A stretch of DNA of 7,421 bases from a plasmid: the sequence record NZ_CP069410.1, one strand, 5' to 3'. A program made the position numbers and the translations under genes. Below the pieces are notes generated by a model. That model ran no database searches and was not told where the DNA came from. It saw only the letters and a program-made list of their open reading frames with translations. How positions within the stretch are numbered: position 1 is the stretch's first letter; each line of letters opens with the position of its first letter. Shown here one piece after another: positions 1 through 5,076 of the stretch.

Positions 1-284
1 TATGTCTTGTGCTCTAAGATGGCGGTCTCTAATTTGTTGATCGATGTCAGCGAAGTCAATCTCATTTCCCTCTGTACGTCTTGGCTCGTCTGTTTGATCT
101 GTTCGAGCTCTTGTTGCATCATCATCTCTTTGTTCATGTTTTCTTTCAGGAACGTCGAGAGATAGCCCTCTGTCGCTCTGAGACGTAGAATCATCTCCTG
201 GTATAACTGCTGTAACTGTTGTAACTCCTCTTTTTGCTGAACCTGCTGCTGCTCTTTCTCTTGTAACTTGTCTTTCAAAGCCAT
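1..284 (-). CDS. Candidate overlapping mobB-like ORF in an alternate frame inside mobA (5' part; continues off window).
   Basis: In the frame shifted from mobA, a TAG stop is followed immediately by an ATG (plus 284-282). That ATG is preceded by AAGGAGA with a 9-nt spacer. The frame then reads MALKDKLQEKEQQQVQQKEELQQLQQLYQEMILRLRATEGYLSTFLKENMNKEMMMQQELEQIKQTSQDVQREMRLTSLTSINKLETAILEHKT... and stays open to the window edge. It is strongly protein-like coiled coil. The in-frame mobA continuation here is low-complexity (RERAAAGSAKRGVTTVTAVIPGDDSTSQSDRG...). RSF1010 and pC221 both encode mobB inside mobA in another frame. Confidence 0.4.
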   Translation of the reverse strand, partial: MALKDKLQEKEQQQVQQKEELQQLQQLYQEMILRLRATEGYLSTFLKENMNKEMMMQQELEQIKQTSQDVQREMRLTSLTSINKLETAILEHKT

Positions 285-984
285 CTAAAATCGTCTCCTT
301 TTCATACGCCAGCCCTAACTTGCTGCCACGTACTTTTTTATTCGATTCTAAGTGCTCATACGTGATGTTTTTACCTCGTAAAGTAGCTTGGACGCCTTTG
401 TCTTTTAAACGTTCCTGGAACTCTTCAAAACTCGTTGTCTGCTCTTTTGAAGAGTCAATGGCCGTCCGAATTTCATCTTTCCAACTCGACTCACCTTTTT
501 GAAGCAAGGACTGTTCAGCTAACGTATAGCGCACATCGGCCGAGCGCTCTTCTACAATGGACAAACCATGTTCTTTACATAATTCATCGCTCACGTCACG
601 AAACCGGTCAATGGCCTCTTGGCCATGCGCATGAAACTTTCGACCATCCTCATAGTTCACAGCATTAATCACGATGTGGTTATGAATGTGATCCTTGTCC
701 GTATGCGTGTAGACGGCCACCTCGTGGCCTTTGGCTAATTTCTCAGCTAGTTTTAACCCAATTTCATTAGCTTTCTGAGGATCTACTTCATCAGGTTTAA
801 ATGATTGAATGACATGGTGGGCTTGTATGCCGCCACTCTTGCCCCATATTTCCCTTGTAGCTTTAAATTGGTTCCGAACATAGTCCACATCGCAATCAAG
901 CGAATTTGCCACCTCAGCGCGCTTCTCAGCGTACTTCAGTAACGCATTGGCATTTTTCGTCGTACTCAGCTTAATTGTTGCCAT
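1..984 (-). CDS. mobA: MobA/MobL-family (MOBQ-type, pC221 MobA-like) plasmid relaxase. N-terminal 328 codons only; the 3' end runs off the window.
   Basis: I translated the reverse complement of 984->1 by hand and the frame is open with no stop. The protein begins MATIKLSTTKNANALLKYAEKRAEVANSLDCDVDYVRNQFKATREIWGKSGGIQAHHVIQSFKPDEV. It carries the histidine triad HTDKDHIHNHIVINAV and continues ...VNYEDGRKFHAHGQEAIDRFRDVSDELCKEHGLSIVEERS. This is near-collinear with staphylococcal pC221/pC223 MobA as I recall it. It is missing from the ORF track because no stop lies inside the window. The ATG at 984-982 overlaps the 3' end of mobC by 19 nt. Confidence 0.85.
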   Translation of the reverse strand, partial: MATIKLSTTKNANALLKYAEKRAEVANSLDCDVDYVRNQFKATREIWGKSGGIQAHHVIQSFKPDEVDPQKANEIGLKLAEKLAKGHEVAVYTHTDKDHIHNHIVINAVNYEDGRKFHAHGQEAIDRFRDVSDELCKEHGLSIVEERSADVRYTLAEQSLLQKGESSWKDEIRTAIDSSKEQTTSFEEFQERLKDKGVQATLRGKNITYEHLESNKKVRGSKLGLAYEKETILDGFERQVTRERAAAGSAKRGVTTVTAVIPGDDSTSQSDRGLSLDVPERKHEQRDDDATRARTDQTDEPRRTEGNEIDFADIDQQIRDRHLRAQDI

Positions 985-1319
985 GCTGCAGCCAATCCCT
1001 TTTTAATTTCGTCGAGATTATATACCAATCTCTCAAGCTCCTGTTCACTCAATTGTTCGATGTCTCGTGCATTACACCATCTCGCAATCTGGTTCACATT
1101 GGTACCCACAGCACGCAATTCCTTCGCGATTGCCAGAGCACCCTCACGATTGATCTTCGGCTGTCGTACGCGGGTACCCTGTGCCTTTGCTTTCACAAAG
1201 GCAGGCACCGTCATTCCTACGTTATCCGCCATCAGCGATAGCCGTTCGAATTCCTCCTCAGTGACACGGAACTTCACCTGTTTAGGCTCGTTCCTACGCT
1301 CGCCTTTCGTCTCGCTCAT
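966..1319 (-). CDS. mobC: MobC-family relaxosome accessory protein (ribbon-helix-helix type).
   Basis: The ORF track frame is 966..1343, but the listed start is a GTG with no RBS. The internal ATG at 1319 is preceded by AAGGAGG with a 9-nt spacer, which gives MSETKGERRNEPKQVKFRVTEEEFERLSLMADNVGMTVPAFVKAKAQGTRVRQPKINREGALAIAKELRAVGTNVNQIARWC.... The motif K.VKFRVTEEEFERL..A...G.TV.AFVKAKA is the classic MobC (PF05713-like) signature. It sits immediately upstream of, and overlaps, mobA. Confidence 0.8.
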   Translation of the reverse strand: MSETKGERRNEPKQVKFRVTEEEFERLSLMADNVGMTVPAFVKAKAQGTRVRQPKINREGALAIAKELRAVGTNVNQIARWCNARDIEQLSEQELERLVYNLDEIKKGLAAAWQQLS

Positions 1320-1426
1320 TCCTTTATTCCTCCTTATGTTCACCTACTAGATGTGGTGAACTTGGTGTAAAATTCCAGCTTTATGCTTCCATAATACACC
1401 AAACAGTCGGAATAAGGCAAGCTCTA

Positions 1427-1466
1427 CAATTGGTACCCAATTGAGCTTGGTTATGCTGAGCATAAC
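1427..1466. promoter_or_regulatory. Two adjacent small palindromes upstream of mobC. Candidate oriT / MobC-binding repeats.
   Basis: caattgg-tac-ccaattg at 1427-1443 is a 7-bp inverted repeat. gttatgct-g-agcataac at 1450-1466 is a perfect 8-bp inverted repeat. Both lie 85-125 bp upstream of the mobC start. This is the position where MOBQ/pC221-type oriT sites sit. I could not recognise a nic consensus. Confidence 0.3.
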
Positions 1467-1630
1467 AATCCCCCCAGCCCCCTTTTCAAGGGGGAGCCAA
1501 ACCGCGGACGCTGTCCACACCTGCCAAAGGAAAGCTCCTTTGGAATGGCTTCTACAAACACCCCCAACCCCCTCAACACTTTGAGGGGGCTCCCTCGCCG
1601 GTTGGCGTCAAACAAACGTGGTTGTTTGAG
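1467..1630. repeat. Duplicated GC-hairpin module. Candidate single-strand origin (sso) or oriT secondary structure.
   Basis: There are two direct-repeat units. The first is CCCCCAGCCCCC + a ttttcaa loop + GGGGG at 1471-1494. The second is CCCCCAACCCCC + tcaacactttga + GGGGG at 1561-1589, where the hairpin is a 9-bp stem ccccctcaa/ttgaggggg at 1568-1589. Each unit is followed by an AT-richer hairpin: ccaaagga-aagc-tcctttgg at 1524-1543, and tcaaacaaac-gtg-gttgtttga at 1608-1629. A third C5...G4 hairpin lies at 1715-1731. The 61-aa ORF in the track at 1451..1636 is probably an artefact of these repeats. Confidence 0.35.
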
Positions 1631-1655
1631 TGCCAAGAGGGTTCGGGTGTAGAGA

Positions 1656-1704
1656 CATTGTCAATTCCTTAATGCTCCCTACGGTCCGCTTACCATTGAC
1701 AATG
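1656..1704. repeat. 10-bp inverted repeat cattgtcaat / attgacaatg with a 29-nt spacer.
   Basis: The arms are exact reverse complements at 1656-1665 and 1695-1704. The spacer reads tccttaatgctccctacggtccgcttacc. Confidence 0.5.
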
Positions 1705-1811
1705 CAGCTTATCTCCCCCTTTGTTTTGGGGTAGAGGCTGGCTTCTTATGTTTTTAAGAGTGTTGCTCACCTTGAAGTAAGATGAGCACTTTTGGGCGGC
1801 CGAGCTGGCGG

Positions 1812-1899
1812 TTCGGCAGGTATACTTGCGCAAACAAGCCGATTCTCAAATTCTTCGTTTTGGGTATGTCGGCTTGGCGAGAAATACAAACCTGCCGAA
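1812..1899. repeat. Long imperfect palindrome (88 nt) with nested arms. Candidate sso-like hairpin.
   Basis: The outer arms are ttcggcaggt (1812-1821) and acctgccgaa (1890-1899). The inner arms are caagccga (1835-1842) and tcggcttg (1869-1876). These are separated by symmetric 13/13-nt internal loops, with a 26-nt apical loop. The region is non-coding. Confidence 0.45.
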
Positions 1900-2110
1900 A
1901 GTCTTTGTACAAGGAGAAAAGAGTGGAGATTTTTTAAGTGGGTTTCTTAAAAAATACGACTCGTACCTTGTATAAAGACTAGCTATTTTTTAGGGGAGGT
2001 AGAAGATATTACAGTTTCTATTTTATAAATAAATTTAGACACCTATCCTTATATAGTTGAATAGCCTATAAAAGATTATTTTGAATAAAAAGTAGATAGG
2101 ATGATTTCTA

Positions 2111-2977
2111 TTGTTTTTTCATAAAAAGGAACTTCAATACCATGCAAAACCAGACCGTCCGGATCCTTTATTTGCAAAGCAACTGCAAGAAGTTTTAGGG
2201 GGGCAATTTGGTGAAATCTCTGTAGCATTACAATATCTATTTCAAGGATGGAATGTACGAGGTAACGGCAAATATAAAGATTTACTTATGGATACAGGAG
2301 CCGAAGAATTAGCTCATATCGAAATGTTAGCTACAATGATCGCCCGACTTCTTGATCGAGCACCTGTTGGAGATTTAGAAAAAGCAGCTCAGGATCCTGT
2401 CATTGGAGCGATTCTTGGAGGCATGAATCCACAACATGCTATTGTTTCCGGACTTGGGGCCATGCCAGCAGATAGTGTAGGAAACAGATGGCATGCAGGT
2501 TATATTGCAGCAAGTGGTAATCTCCTGGCAGATTTTCGCGCCAATTTAAATGCAGAGTCACAAGGTCGCCTTCAAGTTGTACGTCTCTATGAATCAACTA
2601 GTGATCGTGGAGTGAAAGATATGCTATCTTGGTTGATTGCTCGGGATACGATGCATCAAAATCAATGGATTGCAGCAATTAAGGAGTTAGAGGAAAAAGA
2701 AAATGTAGTTGTTCCAAGTACGTTTCCTCGACACTTAGAGAAACGGGAAGTATCCCATGTCCTCTTTAATTTTTCTGAAGGAGAAAAGAGTGCTACTGGA
2801 CGCTGGGCAAGTGGTCCAAGCATGGATGGAGAAGGTGTATTTCAATATGTTCAATGCCCAGAAGGATTTGGAGGCAAACCAAAATTAAAACCAGCTCCCC
2901 CATATATTCATGATACACCACCTCAAGATTTAAAGAGAAATGATAACTTTACTCCACCTCCTCCACATTTAGCTTAA
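2111..2977 (+). CDS. Manganese (non-haem, dinuclear Mn) catalase.
   Basis: The 288-aa product reads MFFHKKELQYHAKPDRPDPLFAKQLQEVLGGQFGEISVALQYLFQGWNVRGNGKYKDLLMDTGAEELAHIEMLATMIARLLD...RLQVVRLYESTSDRGVKDMLSWLIARDTMHQNQW. It is collinear with Lactobacillus plantarum Mn catalase and Bacillus YdbD-type Mn catalases as I recall them. The start codon is TTG at 2111, with AGGA at 2098-2101 and a 9-nt spacer. The stop is TAA at 2975-2977. Confidence 0.9.
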   Translation: MFFHKKELQYHAKPDRPDPLFAKQLQEVLGGQFGEISVALQYLFQGWNVRGNGKYKDLLMDTGAEELAHIEMLATMIARLLDRAPVGDLEKAAQDPVIGAILGGMNPQHAIVSGLGAMPADSVGNRWHAGYIAASGNLLADFRANLNAESQGRLQVVRLYESTSDRGVKDMLSWLIARDTMHQNQWIAAIKELEEKENVVVPSTFPRHLEKREVSHVLFNFSEGEKSATGRWASGPSMDGEGVFQYVQCPEGFGGKPKLKPAPPYIHDTPPQDLKRNDNFTPPPPHLA

Positions 2978-2991
2978 AAAGAATAACATTT

Positions 2992-3140
2992 AACAATTTG
3001 AGCAAACTACTCAAGATGTATAAAAGCATCAAAACTAACTTCTAATTATGTCACAGAAAAAACTACTGGTCCCCGATGAGCCGGTAGTTTTTTCTGTTTT
3101 TTAAGGTGTATATGATATATATTTTTAGTTAACATAAAAC
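2992..3140. repeat. Junction element copy 1 (conserved box, spacer, terminator hairpin, conserved box).
   Basis: aacaaTTTGAGCAAACTACTCAAGA lies at 2992-3016. A 40-bp spacer follows. Then CAGAAAAAA + hairpin aactactgg/ccggtagtt (3061-3089, one G.U wobble) + TTTTTTCTGTTTTTT. After 24 bp comes TAGTTAACATAAAAC at 3126-3140, then catttttcggaacac. Confidence 0.6.
3056..3102. terminator. Bidirectional rho-independent terminator between the catalase gene (+) and the HTH gene (-).
   Basis: A 9-bp stem is flanked by an A-run at 3056-3062 and a T-run at 3088-3102. Confidence 0.7.
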
Positions 3141-3157
3141 CATTTTTCGGAACACTT

Positions 3158-3682
3158 TTAGTCTAATAACCCTTTTTCCTTAAACACTTTTCTAAGAGCT
3201 TCATTTACTAATTCAGATTTATAACTCTTAGGAACTCGATCAATGATACTTAACACATCCTGGTCAAAATAAAACCCTCTATACACTTGTTTTGAGCGTT
3301 CTTTTGGATGCTGCAGTAACAAATCAATTGCATCTACTTTGCTATCATTTGTACTAGCTTTTTCAAAGCTGTCATTAGTACTTTCACTTTCATTCAGATA
3401 GCTAACACTAGCTGCTATTTCGCTATTGGCTAGCTGTTGTTTTGCTGGCATTTTACTGTTTTTAGAGATAAGAGTACTAAAATCAACATCTAAAGGTTCT
3501 GATTCTTCTCCAACATAGCGATAAATACTTTCCTTACTGTCCCATTCATAGCCTAATTTCTTAATCTTTGATTGAATGGTACGAGTACTTACATCATACC
3601 GATCAGCTAATTCTTTAATGGTGATTTCTTTCATCATAATTCCATTTAACATCTTTTTTACCAGCATCTTACTAGCCCCCAT
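3158..3682 (-). CDS. MerR-like HTH DNA-binding protein (hypothetical regulator). The exact start is ambiguous.
   Basis: The ORF is 174 aa. The N-terminus ...MKEITIKELADRYDVSTRTIQSKIKKLGYEW fits the MerR/excisionase-type HTH pattern ELA..(x)VS.RTI.....LGY. The C-terminus VYRGFYFDQDVLSIIDRVPKSYKSELVNEALRKVFKEKGLL is a predicted beta-alpha-alpha DNA-binding-like fold. There is no clear SD before the first ATG. The internal Met codons 6, 11, 16 and 17 are alternative starts, and GGGGG precedes Met6. A plausible promoter lies upstream on the minus strand with a perfect TATAAT. Confidence 0.6.
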   Translation of the reverse strand: MGASKMLVKKMLNGIMMKEITIKELADRYDVSTRTIQSKIKKLGYEWDSKESIYRYVGEESEPLDVDFSTLISKNSKMPAKQQLANSEIAASVSYLNESESTNDSFEKASTNDSKVDAIDLLLQHPKERSKQVYRGFYFDQDVLSIIDRVPKSYKSELVNEALRKVFKEKGLLD

Positions 3683-3771
3683 TTTCGTTTTAAAATTATA
3701 GTACTAGTATTCAAATGCAAAGTAATATTTCCTGCTATTACTTTGCTACAAAATGAATAATTAAGATCAAC

Positions 3772-3885
3772 ATGAGCAAACTACTCGAGAAGTCTTTTAG
3801 TACTCCAATTACAACCTAATATTTATCAGTAGAAAAAGCCATTTTCCCCAAAGATGGCTTTTTCGCCTTTTAGTTAACATAAAAC
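3772..3885. repeat. Junction element copy 2.
   Basis: ATGAGCAAACTACTCGAGAAG lies at 3772-3792. A ~40-bp spacer follows. Then GTAGAAAAA + hairpin aaaaagccat/atggcttttt (3833-3863) + TTTTTCGCCTTT, then TAGTTAACATAAAAC at 3871-3885. The hairpin sequence is unrelated to copies 1 and 3. Confidence 0.6.
3833..3870 (+). terminator. Rho-independent terminator.
   Basis: A 10-bp A/T+GC stem and an 11-nt loop are followed by a T-rich tract. Confidence 0.55.
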
Positions 3886-4037
3886 GTATTATCAGAAGTA
3901 AATATTTACAGCAGGATTAAGCCTGCTGCTATTTTATATTGACTCTAGAAAAATAATAATGTCCCATATATGGAACATATACATAACATTGATTAGGACA
4001 GTGATTTAACTGTCAATTCCAAAGAGGAGAGTGAAAC

Positions 4038-4577
4038 ATGTCTAAGACATGTATTATTGGAAATGGTTGTGCAGGGAAGACTACTCTAGGGAAAAAGTTA
4101 AGCCAAGATCTTTCACTTCCATTCTTTGAAATGGATGAAAAACTCAAATTTTTAAAAACAACTCCTTTTCCTACCAGGCAACAAATCAGACATTTTTCAA
4201 GAGAACTAAACAAATTATTAGATAAAGATAAATGGGTAATAGAAGGTTGGGGGTATAAAGAAACTTACGAAGAAAGATTTAAAAAAGCAGATATTATTAT
4301 CTTTCTAGATGTACCTTTCCAAGTTTGTTTAGAACGATGCCATAAAAGATTAGGTTCAACCAACTTAGAAATTCTAAAACGAGGCGTAACAAAGTTAAAC
4401 ATATTTGATAAACATGTACGTCCATTGCTATTAAAGCTAATCCAGAAATATAAAAATGAACCTAAAAAAATAATCCTAGAGATTGATCAGGATTTCAAAT
4501 ATGAGGATATATTGAGACAAATTAACATGAATACAGTGCCTATTAATAAGAAATCTGAATATCAAACAATAATTTGA
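4038..4577 (+). CDS. Small P-loop NTPase / nucleotide-kinase-fold protein, FlaR topology-modulation-protein-like (AAA_33-like).
   Basis: The ORF is 179 aa. The Walker A motif is IIGNGCAGKTTLGKKL. The block WVIEGWGYKETYEERFKKADIIIFLDVPFQVCLERCHKR is collinear with the WIIDGNY...ADTIVFLD.P...CL.R..KR signature of FlaR-like ~170-aa kinases. The RBS is AGAGGAGAG with a 7-nt spacer. The TGA stop lies inside junction box copy 3. Confidence 0.7.
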   Translation: MSKTCIIGNGCAGKTTLGKKLSQDLSLPFFEMDEKLKFLKTTPFPTRQQIRHFSRELNKLLDKDKWVIEGWGYKETYEERFKKADIIIFLDVPFQVCLERCHKRLGSTNLEILKRGVTKLNIFDKHVRPLLLKLIQKYKNEPKKIILEIDQDFKYEDILRQINMNTVPINKKSEYQTII

Positions 4578-4708
4578 GCAAACTACTCAAGAAACTGATA
4601 AGGTTTCAACCCTTTGGATAAATGTAGTAGAAAAACTCCCTTAACGCTCTAAGGGAGTTTTTCTGTTTTTGAACTGTATACTCTATACAAAGGTAGTTGA
4701 CATAATGT
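4571..4708. repeat. Junction element copy 3.
   Basis: aaTTTGAGCAAACTACTCAAGA lies at 4571-4592. A ~40-bp spacer follows. Then GTAGTAGAAAAA + hairpin aactccctta-acgctc-taagggagtt (4634-4659, perfect 10 bp, extendable to 13) + TTTTTCTGTTTTT. After 24 bp comes TAGTTGACATAATGT at 4694-4708, then ctctttccggaacac. The last tract matches tttttcggaacac after copy 1. Confidence 0.6.
4629..4670 (+). terminator. Rho-independent terminator of the kinase gene.
   Basis: A perfect 10-13-bp stem and 6-nt loop are followed by TTTTTCTGTTTTT. Confidence 0.7.
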
Positions 4709-4729
4709 CTCTTTCCGGAACACAACCCA

Positions 4730-4774
4730 AAAAAGAACCCTTGTCGCAGAACGGTTCCGCCGAGGGTTCTTTTT
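4730..4774. terminator. 12-bp perfect stem with a 21-nt loop (aaaaagaaccct ... agggttcttttt). Bidirectional terminator-like or structured RNA element.
   Basis: 4730-4741 is the exact reverse complement of 4763-4774. A-runs and T-runs are built into the arms. The stem is flanked by ctttccgga (4711-4719) and ttttccgga (4771-4779). The loop tgtcgcagaacggttccgccg is GC-rich. Confidence 0.4.
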
Positions 4775-5009
4775 CCGGAGTATGCAACTTTTTATACATC
4801 CTTGATATGACGGAGTTCCCCTTATAGGTGGTCGGAGAAATGATGAATAAAAAGTGCACCTTTTATTCATATGCAAGCCCTTATAAAAAAAGCATGTATC
4901 GGAAAAAGTATGATACAATAACCCCTGGTCTATTTTTTACAAATTTCAACGTAGCAAAAAGAGCAACCTTTCGTCCACTGCAGAGGTTGTTTCTTTATTT
5001 TCTTTAAGA

Positions 5010-5037
5010 CACTAATATCTTATTTGAGGGTGTTATA
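5010..5037 (+). promoter_or_regulatory. Candidate extended -10 promoter for the 5077 gene.
   Basis: gagggTGtTATAATag shows TGnTATAAT at ~5026-5037. A weak -35 (ACTAAT) lies 17 nt upstream. The 5044 ATG named in the ORF track would sit inside or just after the -10. The true start is therefore more likely 5077. Confidence 0.4.
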
Positions 5038-5076
5038 ATAGTTATGATTCTGAATAAATTGGAGGTTATAACTGTT

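Noticed and set aside
320-668. Plus-strand ORFs 320..502 and 435..668
   Set aside because: They lie antisense inside the well-supported mobA reading frame. They have no RBS and the products are low-complexity.
975-1350. Plus-strand ORFs 975..1241 and 1060..1350
   Set aside because: They are antisense to mobC/mobA, whose products have clear family signatures. These are shadow ORFs.
1451-1636. 61-aa minus-strand ORF
   Set aside because: It spans the GC-hairpin array. Its Gly/Pro/Arg-rich translation is what a CCCCC/GGGGG repeat produces. There is no RBS.
1960-2110. Sigma-B or sigma-A promoter for the catalase gene (GGTTTCTTAA... and TTGAAT/TATAGT candidates)
   Set aside because: No candidate has both acceptable hexamers and acceptable spacing. 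It cannot be called from sequence alone.
4013-4213. 66-aa minus-strand ORF overlapping the kinase gene start
   Set aside because: It is antisense to the Walker-A-containing kinase ORF and runs through its RBS. It is spurious.
2998-4620. 15-16-codon micro-ORFs starting in each junction box ((M/L)SKLLK...; TTG, ATG and TTG starts), one overlapping the kinase stop as TTGA
   Set aside because: None has an RBS. The 6-codon conservation follows trivially from nucleotide identity of the box. A ~15-codon open run is not improbable by chance. It is recorded because copy 2 carries ATG where the others have TTG.
4742-4762. ykkC/guanidine-type riboswitch suggested by the ACGG...GGTTCCG loop
   Set aside because: I cannot reproduce the consensus or its required helices from memory. 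There is no adjacent transporter or carboxylase gene. It is treated as a terminator or unknown structure pending an Rfam scan.
4649-4918. 89-aa minus-strand ORF
   Set aside because: It has a TTG start with GGGG only 3 nt upstream. It runs through two terminator hairpins and its composition is low-complexity. The plus-strand small ORF at 4843-5007 is the more plausible, though still uncertain, coding candidate in this region.
5044-5076. ATG at 5044 as the start of the HTH/coiled-coil gene
   Set aside because: It sits directly after the TGnTATAAT -10, so it would be at or before the transcription start. It also precedes the in-frame GGAGG. The ATG at 5077 is preferred.
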